DNA of 63,376 nt, the filler included, from Reticulomyxa filosa (lineage: Eukaryota > Protista > Foraminifera), in NCBI GenBank assembly GCA_000512085.1. It is 18 parts of 18 records of this genome, joined end to end, with 100 filler letters (N's around TTAATTAATTAA, not from the genome) between each part and the next. Parts side by side here need not be neighbours in the genome. Positions count along the whole stretch, not along the records: positions 8,704 to 12,127 come from ASPP01025748.1; positions 12,228 to 14,199 come from ASPP01006035.1; positions 14,300 to 20,799 come from ASPP01003583.1; positions 20,900 to 23,767 come from ASPP01033188.1; 14 more parts are not named here. One strand, given 5' to 3'. How positions within the stretch are numbered: position 1 is the first letter of the stretch; every line of letters starts with the position of its first letter. Made by a program: the position numbers and the translations under genes. Shown here in pieces: positions 10,273 through 23,867 of the stretch. The notes beneath the pieces are model-generated. The model saw nothing but the letters and a program-made list of their open reading frames with translations, did no database searches and was not told the DNA's origin.

Positions 10273-13200
10273 GTTTGAATGACAAATATGTGTTGGAAGT
10301 GAAAATGAAGTCAGTGTCGAAAAAAAACAGTATAATAAAATGGATGAAAAGCAATCCAACAATACTGAGAATATCAATACAAATGCTAGTAGTAGTATTA
10401 GTATTGGCATTAATAGTGATAGTGTGATTACTGCACGCGAATCTGAAGTAAAGTGAAGATAGTGAAGCCACTACAGTGAATTCGATCAAAATGTCGGATA
10501 TCAAGTCGACAGTCACGAATTACTCATTATCGTCTCGTCAGTACCAATATCAATACCGACAACAGGCCACGGCCAAGCGATATCGCCAAAGACGACGACA
10601 AACCAAAAACAAAAGGCAAAGAAATCCAGGAAAGTGACAACTACAAAGATAGAAACAGCATCGAAAGTTTACAATCGAATACTTCTTCGTCGTCAGTATC
10701 GTCGGTCGGTTTTGAAGATAGGCGATCTGGTTTGCAAAATGCGACAACTCAACAAAACGAGCAGGCAAAGTCATCATATAAAGAAAAAGATTAACACAAA
10801 TAGAAAGTAGTCAATGCCACATCAGCATGCAACAACAACGACTGGTCCCACATGAGAAAGAATAGCCCGAATAAAAAATATAGACAAAAAACTCGACCAA
10901 AACCAAAACTCAAGCATGAGCTCAAACCCAACAAAAGGTGCAGTCGCAACATCACAACTTTATGTTTTTATCTAACCAAATCGACAACAGCAATTCCAAT
11001 GGCCGTGACTTCTTTGATTCTATTGCATTCAAGGTTATTCTAACATTTGTCAACATTGGCCATCTGCATCTTCTTCTCTTATCCTAATATAACTTACATA
11101 CACATATCAATTGAACATATTTTCAATGAATGATAGGCCAAAGAAAATGAGGAAGTACAGCTGTTACAGCAGTCTGGGAGTGATAATGCTGACAGCAACA
11201 CATAAAACGGACTAAGCAACAGATATACTGACACTGAACATATACATGACACATCCAGCAAAAAGGAAAGAGTTGAGTCGTTTGATTAGCATAAGGATGG
11301 ACACGATATGGAGAAGAAGTAGACAAAATGTCTCGTGCAAAAACAAACGACATACGAACCCCACACAAATAACAGTGATTGGAATATCGATCAGTCCAAT
11401 AATCATCCTACAAACCCCAAATATTAACATATGTTGAACAACCCGATCTTAGTAATATATATTCCGTTTCCACTACCGCCACGATGGTTCTCATGCATTC
11501 TGCAGACACTGCTGTTTGTCATATGCTCTCCATTTATTTCAAGCCTTGTGTTTATATACACATACATTATTACATAAATATGCACATATATATGTATTAT
11601 ACATATATAAGTCTGTCAATCCATTCAATAAAACAGCATCTAAAATTGATGAAAGACTTAGAACATTATGCACAATACGAGTAACAGCTACCTGGTAAGT
11701 GTTCAAGTAGGTCAGGTTGCGCCCTCGCACAACTTGATACACTTGCCTGCGGTAGAATCCAATATGTATCAAACTTTTGTTTATTTGTTTATGTGTTTCG
11801 TAATCTCATTCTATTTCTAGTAGCAATGGTATCCGTGAAGATTTTCGGTCAGAATTGGGTGACAAAAACTCAGTTTGAATATGTTGTTTATTATCACTAC
11901 ATATAGTATATATGTACATATACAATTGTATATGTACACGTATATATAAATAATAAAGGATATATCACTTGATTCAAACTTTGTGATGGCGAAGCAACAG
12001 CATGATATCCAATCCAGTGGGGTTAGTGCTTTGTCAAGACTTTAGGTACCACCACGAGTGGGTCACAACGCAACAAAGTCTCAGCAGACAATTCCAATTG
12101 CATCGCTTACAACCAACACGTGAAAACNNNNNNNNNNNNNNNNNNNNNNNNNNNNNNNNNNNNNNNNNNNNTTAATTAATTAANNNNNNNNNNNNNNNNN
12201 NNNNNNNNNNNNNNNNNNNNNNNNNNNGAGCCAACGAAACAACTTCAAATCTTCTTTCGTATCCAAAATCACTAACTTCTAACACTTTGAGATCCATTAT
12301 TTTCTGTTGCGAGGTCTCAAAATTTCGTCAACACGTCATTTTGGGCATTACCCAATGGGGGCCATCCCAATATCAAACAAAATAAGTGAACGAAAACTTC
12401 GATTTTCGCTATCATCTCATCAAAAAATGTTCACTTGTTCAATCACAAAAAAATTTTGTAAAAATGGTATATTTTACTTTAAATTGTATTTATTGATTGT
12501 TTTTGTTGTTTTTTTCTGTTTTTTCTTTTTTTTCCAACAGTGTTTCTAAGGGTTTTTTTTAAAAAAAACTAGCTGATTACAATAACTTGTTGTAGTAGAA
12601 AAAAATTAAATTTTTGAAGTCTTTTGATTAACTTAACATCAAATAAAAAATAAAAAATGGAGCAACTGGTATTTTTGAGCAGTCTAAACGCTGATTGAAC
12701 CAAATATCACTTACCCTGAACTTTGGAAAGTGCAGTTCTTTAATTTTTTCTTTGAGTGCTCGTGCTTCTTCATTCGACTCTCCTGTGACACTTTACTCTC
12801 TATTCTTCATGACTCGTCCAAATATGTGAGTGCCAGTTTGAAGCTTTTTTTTTTCAATAAAAACGCTAAAACAGAAGCTGTTTCAACAGAATCATTCATA
12901 TTTTCAAGTACTTTTTTAAAATATTTATTGATATTTCTAGATATTCAATTAATTTGCCAAGTTGTTCTGAAAGAGAATGTAGAAAAACCAAACGAGCGTA
13001 TGTTTCTGTAACAGTATTGTGATTGAATCCAAAACTCAACTCTTTCTTTTTGCACTATTTAATTAAATTGTATTGATTCCTCAAGTTCTTTAGTTGATAC
13101 CTTTCAAGCATTTCATTGTTTCAAGTCTTGCATCAAATTTCAAAAAAAAGAAAGAAAGACAAAGTATGACCACGCACCATAACCAAATTTTATCAACATT

Positions 13201-13438
13201 GCTATTGAAGCAAGTTAACAAATTGATTGGCTATGCTTTTAGTTTTTTCTTCACACACCCCAATATTTCCGAAAAACCAAGGCTATGACAGAAAAAAAAA
13301 ATACTGGAGGTTGACTTTGCAAAAAATTTCTTGAGAAAAGAAAAAAATTGACGGCAAGGAAAACAGCTTGACTGTTGAGAGAAAAAAGGGGGGTGTTTTT
13401 TTTTTTTGAAATTGTTCATTAGCAATCGCGTTAAAACC

Positions 13439-14199
13439 ATGGATAATCGCTCCTTGAGATCAACAGATAACTTGCGACCCAAAATAGATAATCTGAAAGT
13501 CCTGTCTCAATTGGATCAGCAGATAAACGATCCCAGTCGTTACTCCAGCGGAGGAGGGAAGCGTATTTTCCACGGCAACGACATAAAAGGGGAAAATGGG
13601 ATGGCATATGATTACGAAATCGACAACGGGGGGAACGTACTGGAAGGCATTGACGAAGCGTTTGACCCATTGGACGACAGAGCAGGGAACAAACGAAAGC
13701 GAATCCAAGGGAAGACACTGACACCGACGAACCCAGCACACAAGTTAATTTTTGTCAGAAAGAGAAGAAGAGGAGAATATCTTATAAAACTTAGAAGAGA
13801 TTATAAGGGTTTTGATTGAGTTTATTTTATTTATATTGCATACAAAAAAAAAAAAATAAAATAAAATAAATGGATGAATGGCAATTGACCACATGTAATA
13901 TTTGGAAAAAAAAAGATTTCCAGTCCCAGTGATTCTAAACAATGACAATAATGCAAAGCGTAACTTAGACTCAACACTACGTATACAGCAGCCTCAGTTG
14001 CAATCCCAGTCTCAATGTCAATCTCAGTCTCAATCTCAATGTCAATCTCAATCTCAATCTCAATGTCAATCTCAATCCCAATCCCAGTCAACACAATCAC
14101 AAGCACAATTGCAAATGCAAATGCAAATGCAAATGCAAATGAAAGAGAATAACAGTGCAATCACCACTAATGCGAACACTAGTGTTGGTGGTGGTGGTG
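13439..14199 (+). CDS. Hypothetical protein with NLS-like KRKR and Q/S- and QM-rich tracts (3' truncated)
   Basis: ATG at 13439 opens a relatively GC-rich exon to ~13743; AT-rich intron; second exon ~13916-14199 encodes (QS)n/(QM)n and runs into the spacer. Confidence 0.55.
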
Positions 14200-17100
14200 N
14201 NNNNNNNNNNNNNNNNNNNNNNNNNNNNNNNNNNNNNNNNNNNTTAATTAATTAANNNNNNNNNNNNNNNNNNNNNNNNNNNNNNNNNNNNNNNNNNNNA
14301 CTTTTTATTTTTCGCTTTTCCCTTCATTTGCTTTTTTTTTAAATGTGGCTTTAGTGCCGTTTTCTTTTTTTTTTTGCAAAATTACTACGTTATCATTTAT
14401 TTTTTGGTTTTATGCAATATTTTTTTTTACTTATTAATTAGTATTGTTTTCATCCTTTAAACGAAGTGTTTTAGCGTTTTCAACACGAATAACCTTTTAA
14501 TTTATTTTTGATTTCTTAACACATTTTCATCAAATAAACATTATTGACAAACGCATCCATATTTATAGATTTTTGCAACGTGTATATCAATAGCTGATTG
14601 ATTAAATTTAAAAGTGTTGTTATTCTCAATCCTGATTTGATAAAACAACAATTCATTGTTTTTTTGCTTTTATTTTTCATTTGTTTGAATCATTTCATTT
14701 TCATGTTTTGTGTATAGCATAAAGCATGGAAATAATAACCTAGTTTAAATTAAATTTTTTAAAATTAAAAGGAAAAAATTTGTCAATCTGCAAAAAAAGT
14801 ACTTAATTTTCTCTCTGAAAAAGATTATAAATTTATTCTTATTTTATACTATTGTTTAGTAATTTTTTTTTTAAAACAAATAAATCAACTTGAAATGTTC
14901 GATTACGATTTTGTTTTCGTTTTCATCATTTTAATTCCATTAACTTCATATTGGATTGATAGCTCATTCTTTTCATTTTCATTCTCTTTCTTTATTCTTT
15001 GTATTGATTTGCTCGTGTAGCTGACTTGCTTGTGTCGTTAGTATCGATGCAAGAGCTTTGAACATGTAGTCTATTAAATGTGTCAATGTATTTTGTCGCT
15101 TCTTTGTTCTCCTTGCGTCTTGTCTTTCTTTCATTTTCAATATCTTATGCAGTCCTCTCATCACCACGTCTTTCCATCACTTTTCACTAAGCTCGTGTCG
15201 TTTCGTTGCGTCAAACGCAAATCCTGGATCTTCTCTTCGCTTCCTTGCCACTTGCATGTTATCCTTCTTCTTCGTTTTTTTGCATTATGTCATTTTGTGA
15301 AGTTGTTTTCTGTTTCAACCGTTTTATCATGTTTTTTTTTTAACAATGTGGCTGACATAAACGTGGTTTTTTATCTTTGCTAAAAAAAAAACTTTCAAAA
15401 CTACTTTTAGTCTCCACTTGCAGCTTCCAAGTGCTGCTGCAAGGTCGAAAAAGTTAATTTAGACTTATCTCGAAACGAAAACTTTAGATATATCTCTTTC
15501 TACTTAATCTATACGGTCGATATATTTTGGATGACACTCAAAATTTTACCGTGTTTTTAATTGTTTAGCAAAGGGCGTCGCCCCTTTAGTTGACGAATTT
15601 TAAATAAAGTGGAAAAAAATAACTCCTTGCTTTTTTTCGACTCTACTTGAGAAAATATCAACTCCAAAAGAAAACGTGAGTTTGTTGCATGTCTATTTTG
15701 AAGGAAACCAATCAAATTTTTCAAAATTGGAGTAAAGACGAAACATTATGTTTTCAGACAAAACGAAGGAGAAAATGATTTTTACTGAGTTAGAGTTCAA
15801 GGGAGGCTGGAGCAGTGTGAATTTTATCCCGAGACAATGTACGAACGTAAAGCGAAAATAATACACTTGTCAAGTCAGGCCTCCAATCAGCCGTGGTGAA
15901 AAACCCACAAAATCATTGAAGAAACTTTTTCATATTGGCAAGAATTGTGAACAGAAGGTTTGTAAGGAAGAAGTAACCAACAAAAGTTTGGTGTGTTTGT
16001 TAACAAAAATGGACGTTAATAATATTTTCAAACAGACTATCTTATTATTTCAACTGTGGCCCAGAAGACAATTCGGGACAAGCAAATAAGACAGTAACTA
16101 TGATTACGTTGTTTCAATTGAAAGTGTACTCTATTACACCTTTTGTGCGATACGAAAATACACTAACGATTGAATTGCAAACTTATGTTGACTTGATCGA
16201 CCAAAACCAAATTTGGCAACAATTTATGCATTTGCATTTCCTACGCCAAATTTCTTGTTATTCGATGTTGTTTTCGTATGATCCATATCACTTAAGATCA
16301 CTTCGAATTATGATATATCTTTTGTTTTGTACTAAAAACAGCAGAGAATATGAATGAATAACTATTACTTGGAGGAAGATTCTTTTCCCCCTCGATTTTC
16401 TTTTTTTATTTTTATGAAACAATAGTTAAAAAAAAAAAAATTAAAATAATTTCATCGTTAATTTAGCTGATTATTGATTTCTTGATTACCTATAAATTGC
16501 TTGTGGAGTATTACAAAATGTAGTTAATATCAACGAAAAGGGACAGTTAAATTAAAAAGGAGAAAACAAAGTGAAAAAGTTTTAAGAAGAAAGAGTTTTT
16601 AAGAATTTTTTATTTTTAAAGTTGCTTTGTTTTATGAAAGGATCAAAAAAGAAAAAAGCTGTTCGACATGCTCGTTCTTCTCAAAGGGGTATGTGTATGC
16701 CTTTGTAAGATTGTTTCTTGATTGAAGTAACCCTTTGCTTGCGACCTTTCTGCTTGGTGAAAAAGAAAAAGTGAATAAATTCCCGTTTTGGGATTTGTTG
16801 ATTATTTTCTTGTTCATTTTGTCGGCAAAAAGTGCAGTGATATGTTTGTTTTAAACAAACCGAATGATTCTGTATTTGCAAGCCGAGGGGAAATAAAATT
16901 AGATCTTGGTCTTTAGATCTCTCGCCTTCCAAAAAAATTGTCATTCATTTGACAATCGTATAGGCTTGAAATGAGTCATTACCAAGACACAATTTTTTTT
17001 TTAAAAAAAAAAAAAGATAATCATTGATTGTAATAATATTTTACAGACAAATCTCTTGTCCTGATTTGTTTTAATAGGTTTGTTCCAAGAGCAAAATTAC

Positions 17101-17682
17101 ACAAAGAGTTTGAAGAACAAAACAGTGAAGGAGTTTGGGGAAGGGGAACTTGTGTGTAATGGATTACATTTTTTCAATTTGTGTAAAATCGCGTTCATCA
17201 AATAAAAATAATCTCAATGAAAAAGTTATTCAAAATTCTTTAAATTTTAATTTTAAACGTAGAAATCAATGTATTGTCAAAATTGCTGCAATATTTCATT
17301 TATTTTTAAATAAAATAAACTTTACTCAATGTCGTCAATGATCAACGTTCAAAATAGATCTGAAGCTGAGTAAGAATCATAAGATTTTCAACCGACTGTT
17401 TCGGGATTGTTTTATTATCGAATGGTAACTGTTGTTATCATTTAGACAAAGTCCAACAATTAAAATTCAATTTTTAGTATCTATTTTGTATTTTTTACTT
17501 TGGTGGAATATTTTTTAATTGATAATTATATAAAAAACGTTTTATTCAAATTGCTTTTGCACAATACCTGTGAATTTTGCGTTATTGTCTGATAAAATTT
17601 TTTCTTTAACTTTAAAAAGGATGTTTTGTGGATAATTATTTGCCAAGTTTTCCATTACTCCATTTTACAAAAAAAAGAGTTA

Positions 17683-19843
17683 TTATGTTTGTGTGTTGTC
17701 AAGATTGGTCGTGGTGAAAATTTGGTCGTTAGTGTTAAATACATTGACTTGAGAATAGAATAGTACATAAGCATCTTTAGTCAAGACTTGATCTTGCGAA
17801 ATAGGAATCACAACACCGTCATCACATTCAAACCAGTCATTGGTTTTGAGATTCTTTACAAAAGCAACATAATGTCCTCCCCCCAATGCGCCAGAGTGTA
17901 CACTAACAGCGAACAGTTCATATTGGTACAGTTGCACATCTTTATCGACATTTGCAGAACAAACCCACTTGGACAAGTCAAGTGAAAAAGGGTAAATGAC
18001 ATTAGTGTCGTCTTTTTCGCGAAAGGGTCCACCTGACGTGAAGCGTTTCAAATGGACAATGAGTACTTTTGGTAAAGTCCACAATTGCAAGGTTTTGTTT
18101 GCACATTGATGGGCCTTGCATTGGTTACAATACCAAGAGTTATGTTCAGTTAACGTTTCTTGCTTTGTGAAGCAATCCAAGCAGTCTGTCAGCAAAGTAG
18201 TTTTAGTTTTCTCGTCACCATGTTCATGTTCCATTTCGTAAGATTCATCACGAGAGGGTTTGAGAAACAGACTGTGATCAAAGCAATCATTGGCAAATGT
18301 ATTCCACCGCACTGCAAGTCGAAAGTTTTCCATTTGTTTGGACAGTTTGATCTGCGACAGCTTGCCAAGTTGGCACCCTTCGCACGAGTGTTCATCACAT
18401 AAGGGACACATGGTTGCACTCAAATGGCTCACGCAGACGATATCAAATGTGGATCGAATAGTATGTGCATCAATACGTGCATGACCATCACCATTATCAT
18501 TGAATGAAGGAGCATTTGCAATGTCAGATTTGATATAAGCTTCGACTTGCGTCCGGTTCATATAGCATGTGACCATGTCAACGATTTCTTGTTCGAGCCA
18601 TTGAGGAGAGATATCACAATCAACGGGCAGTTTGACCAAAAAAGGAATGCCAACGTCTTTCATCACGAATGACGGTGAAGCATTGGGATTCTTGTCATCC
18701 CTGTCATTATGGGTATTGTTACGTTCTGATCGGTTTGATTGGTTTGATTGGTTTGATTGATTTGATTGGTTTGATTGATTTGATTGGTTTTGTGGCACCC
18801 TTATCTGATGACATACACTAACAAGTTGAAATTGAGCCACATTGGAGTGACCATCTATTTTTTGGTCTTCTTTTTCTAGTTGTTTTTCCTCCTTTTTCTC
18901 TTCCTCGTGATCACTCTTTGACTCACCGACATCCACGTGAGTAGTTTGGCAATGTGTGCGAATGTAGTCTTCAGAACGGACTTGGTAGACCCACACGTGG
19001 TCGTTGGAGGATATTTCCTCGACGCACTCAAAATTTTGAAACACACTTTGGACACGCGCATGCCAGACATCGGCTAAGACCAAGTCTTCAGCAGTGACTG
19101 TTGTTGTTGTTGTTGTGTTGTGATGGAGATGATGCTGTCGTTTATCAAGTTGATCGACCAGCGCTTGTTTGAGTTGGAGTATGGTGGCGAACGAGGGCAC
19201 GCTGACGACATAAGTGCGAGGAGCTTGTCCGTCCAGCAGCAGCAGCACGGTCATTTCGACAAGCTTTGCTTTGACGCGCTGCGTGGCCAAAGGCACCGAC
19301 AAAAGCAAGAATGGGTCGAACGTGACGGACACTCTGCGACATTGCGGGCATTGCACATGAGACCGGAGCAAGCCCATCACCGTGCTCACCACAATGGAGT
19401 CGTTGGTGGCGACATATCGTTGCCACGATGCAGTTGCTACTTTTGCGTCATTATTTCCATCGGATTCAATCAAAGATGATACCTCCTCCTCCTCCTCCTC
19501 CTCCACTACTACTACTACTACCGAACTAGCACTTGTTATTGTTGTTGTTGTTGTTGTTGTTGTTGAATTGGAATTGACACGCTTTTGATCCCCTTTTCGA
19601 TTCAAATCTTCATGCAATCCGTCCAACAAAAACTGAAGGAATTCCGACGAGTCATGCTGATGCGATCCTGCGAAGCGAGGCTGCACCTTAGCAATGACGT
19701 GCTTCAACTCCGTCGGCACCAAGACGTTGTACTGGTCACTCCAGTACTTGTTTACTAGCTGTCCCAACGCCCTCGCCACCTGGCCCTTCCATCCAAGCGG
19801 ATTGCTCTCGTTGATATCATCCACGTACGTCTGGCGTCCATCT

Positions 19844-19884
<41 letters not shown>

Positions 19885-20111
19885 AAAGTAATCGCGCAAC
19901 GCACGACAATGGCACAGACACTGCAGCGTGCTGTTCATAAAGCAGGTGTTGCCAATGTTGCGAAAGCCGACGCACCCGGACTGCTTCGGCGGTATCGCCA
20001 TGTCTCGGCTCAAGTAGTCATTCGAACCAGGGTGGTACGACGACGATGACGATGCATAATTCTTATACATTTTGTAATGGCTAAAAAAGTCAAGTTCTTC
20101 AAAATTTTGTG

Positions 20112-20156
<45 letters not shown>

Positions 20157-20799
20157 CATTGTTAGATGCACTTATACGCTTTTTGATTATGCTAGAATTA
20201 GTAGCATCAAACATTTGATCGCATTGGTGGTCGTATCCGACAAAGTGGATGTAAACCTTATTTATGTTTGTTGCGTCGACGGATAGCACGACGGCGTCGT
20301 ACCAACTCTGCTCTTGTTCGTCCCACACTTGAACGTCGTCGCCGACTGCAAAAAGGGGGCGCGGCTTCACTTCAATCTGATAGTGGATATGCTGTCCGTC
20401 CACGTCCGACTCTTCCTTGCTTGCGCTTTTGCTCGTGCTCATCAAAGTGTTCCATTCATTTTCATGCACTAACACCCACATTTCCTTTGCATTTGCATTT
20501 GCATTTGCATTTGCATTGTCTGAATTATGCTCCAAGTTCGTCACGACTTGACCATTCCATTGCCATTTGGAATTTCGCCAAATGCAAATGTCAAATGCAT
20601 TCCAATCGATACTTGGATTCCAATTGGATAGTGCGTCTTTGGCTCTTTCAACCAATCGATTGAATGTGTCGTAAGCTCCAATGCGCCATATCTTTTCCAT
20701 TCGAACTTCATCCTTATCTTTATCTTTATCCTTATCCTTATCCTTATCCTTATCCTTATCCTTATCCTTATCTTTATCCTTATCCTTATCTTTATCCTT
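17683..20799 (-). CDS. Ubiquitin-specific protease (peptidase C19), USP4/11/15-like, with a Tudor/chromo-barrel-like domain; 5' truncated
   Basis: Cys box GFRNIGNTCFMNSTLQCL, QHDSSEF...LDGLHEDLNR, CPQC...FDPF, WYCNQC, LPKVLIVHLKRF, His box VHSGALGGGHYVA, WFECDD. The frame stays open upstream of 20700 through (KD)n to the contig edge. Confidence 0.96.
20711..20799 (-). repeat. (AAGGAT/AAAGAT)n coding hexamer repeat (KD)n
   Basis: TCCTTA repeats on the + strand up to the contig end. Confidence 0.9.
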
Positions 20800-20899
20800 N
20801 NNNNNNNNNNNNNNNNNNNNNNNNNNNNNNNNNNNNNNNNNNNTTAATTAATTAANNNNNNNNNNNNNNNNNNNNNNNNNNNNNNNNNNNNNNNNNNNN

Positions 20900-22020
20900 A
20901 CATATACCACACCATCATTTTCACCCACATATACCACACCATTATCTTCACATATGTAAATCACACCATCACCTTCCCCAACATATTCCACACCACCATC
21001 TTTACTCATATACACCACCTACACCGATATATACCACACCACATATACACCACCATTTTCATCCATATATATCATCACCCACACACACCACTGCACCACA
21101 CCGCTTCATCCACATATACCACACCACTGCTTTCACATATATATAACAAACCACCACCTTTATTCATATACACCACCACCTTCACCCATATACACAATAC
21201 CACCATTTTTACCTACACCACCACCTTCTCATATATATACCACACCAAAATCTTCAACTATACACCGCACCAATATACAATACACCACCTACATCACACT
21301 GCTACCTTCACCCACACATAACACACCACTACATTCACCAACACATGCCAGACGACCATTTTCACCCACATATACAACACCACCATTTTTACATATACGC
21401 CAAACCATCACGTTTACCTATATATACCACACCACCAACTTCATCCATATAACACCATATTCACCTATATATCTAACACATCCACCACTATTTTTATCTA
21501 TATAAACCATACCACCGCATTCACCTATACACCACCCCACGTTCGTCCACATATGCCATACCACTGCTTTCATCTATATACCCCAAATCATTACTTTCAC
21601 CCATATATATCAACCACAATTTTCACCAATATACATCACATCTTTACCTACAATACCATATCACACCATTCACCTTTATCTACATATGCCACACAACCTA
21701 TATGCACCACATCATCTTCACATATATAAACACTACCATTTTCATTTATATACACCATATAATCACTTTCACTCACATATACTACACTATATTCATATAC
21801 ATATATATATCAGCACAATATTTTCATCAATATACACCACACCATCAACATCACCTTCACCTATATACACACCACTATCTTTATTTATATGCAACACACT
21901 ACTTTCGTCAATATACATCATCCATATACACCAAAGCACAACGTTCATCTATACACACCACAAACATATGCCACACCATTACCTTCCTTTATATTACGTT
22001 CACCCATATACACAACATTA
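20900..22020. repeat. Degenerate ~27-bp C/A-rich tandem repeat (minisatellite)
   Basis: Units such as catataccacaccatcattttcaccca, catataccacaccattatcttcacata and tgtaaatcacaccatcaccttccccaa, decaying to the right. Almost no G on the + strand. Confidence 0.85.
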
Positions 22021-22469
22021 CATTTTTTTTTTTTTTTTCGAAAACTACGAAAAAAAAATTATATGTATACGTTATGTGGGAATGTTCATTTGTGATTTAG
22101 TATCCTTGACTTTTGCTTCTTCAAAATTTCTTTATTTGACTCATTTCCTTGCGTGCTTGCTGTCTCCATTTTTTTTTTCCTTCTTTTTGCTTCTCCAAGT
22201 TCTTGTTTGATATCCTATCTTTTGTACAATAACTTTTCTCTTTGAATCGAGTTAAGTTTGTGCACAAGAAGAATAACATGAATCGTTTAAATTTCTTATG
22301 TATTTGCTTTACTTATATTGAATCCGAACTGAACTCTAAAAAGAGTTAAGGATTAAAATTAACTTTTATTTTATTTTTGATTTAAGAAAAATTACTTGTG
22401 GAAAAAAAAATAGAATGAATTAAAAAATCATTGAAAAGAAGCTAAATGTAAAATATGAGCAACATAATA

Positions 22470-23709
22470 AATAAGCTTTTTACAAAAATCAATATGTAAA
22501 AATTCATTAGGACCTAAAAAAACACCAGTAACAACAAATTGAGATTTTGGAAATTTATATAATTGACCCATTAAAGTAATACTACCACATTCATAAGAGC
22601 AGATTGATTAAAAAAGATTTTATATGAAGAATAAATAGCATTTAAAAGCCAAGAACAAAAATCAGTACACACAAAACGTTAATTAGTAATAAAATCAATC
22701 TTAGAATTAAAAGGTGGATCTTTTTCAAATACTTGTTTAATAATAGTTAAAAGCATATAGATAATTTAAGTGTAATATATTGTCTTAATACATTACCCCT
22801 TTTAAATTAGGAATACCATCACAACCAGTAATAGTTCATTGTGGACGCAAGTACTATTTAAAAGTAATTCATAAGAATTTTCATGATTAATAAATGTAAT
22901 TCTGTCCATATTAATTTACCAATATGTTTTGACACATTATATATTATTATCTGGTATTTTACTATTTAATTCATTAATTTTACATTTTCCAGTAATATTA
23001 TCATCAAAACGGTCACGATCCACTATGTATTCCTTCTTTTAATAATTGTGCACGAATATAACCCTATTAAAATACCACCAAGTGATATGTTGTTATCACA
23101 TAATTGTTCATAATTACCAGAACCAGAATTTAAACATATTACTAATGAATGTTCTCCTATTTTATTTTTTAAATAATGATATAAATGTGGTGGTCCTGAT
23201 TCTTCACTTCCTTCTATTGTTATAATACATCGTGGATGTGATGCAATACTATCTATTGCAGCAAATATACTATATCCATCATCAGCACTACCTCTACCAT
23301 AAAGCTATATATGTATTGTATATGTACATGTATTATATATACATATATGTATACATATATTATCATCCTATAATCCTTTATAACTTTTCCATCTCTAATT
23401 ACAGGTTTATATGGATGTAAATCTTTTTCCCATTGATCTGTTACTGGCTATATTATATTTATATAAAATAAAATATTCGTTTATAAAATATACTATTTTA
23501 TACAACACTCTCAACTCGTTGCTTATCAAAATAACCATACATTAATACTGTTTCTTCTACTTCTATAAATATAAATGGTGTCATATTCTTTTCTTCTAAT
23601 ACTTCCATCTTTAATCCTTTTATTAATAATTTTACGCTTTCTCTTGTTGTCCATTTTCAATATCTTTTCATCATAATCTGGTGATTTATTCTCAATTTTT
23701 ATATATTCC
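22470..23709 (-). pseudogene. M20 family dipeptidase (CNDP/DapE-like) pseudogene with introns retained
   Basis: The minus strand gives EYIKIENKSPDYD, TVLMYGYFDKQ, W...LHPYKPVIRDGK|LYGRGSADDGYSIFAA, IEGSEESG, VICLNSGSGNYEQL, EGIHSG, ITGCDGIP..GNVLR, FPKSQFVVTG and GPNEFLHIDFCKKL, with many frameshifts and deletions. Confidence 0.9.
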
Positions 23710-23867
23710 TATATTTAAGAGATATACATACATATTTAGTATATATATGTACATTTTTCTTTTTCTTNNNNNNNNNNNNNNNNNNNNNNNNNNNNNNNNN
23801 NNNNNNNNNNNTTAATTAATTAANNNNNNNNNNNNNNNNNNNNNNNNNNNNNNNNNNNNNNNNNNNN

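Noticed and set aside
14979-15257. Minus-strand frame with a single in-frame TGA (15179-15177), considered as selenocysteine or readthrough
   Set aside because: No recognisable protein family, redox motif or SECIS element. A decayed or chance ORF is simpler.
17788-20855. Multiple + strand ORFs overlapping the USP gene
   Set aside because: These are antisense shadows of a long, GC-richer coding exon.
20900-22020. CRISPR array or true telomere repeat; His/Ile/Tyr-rich + strand ORFs at 21686-22210
   Set aside because: There are no constant repeats with unique spacers, no cas genes and no short perfect telomeric unit. The ORFs arise from low G content.
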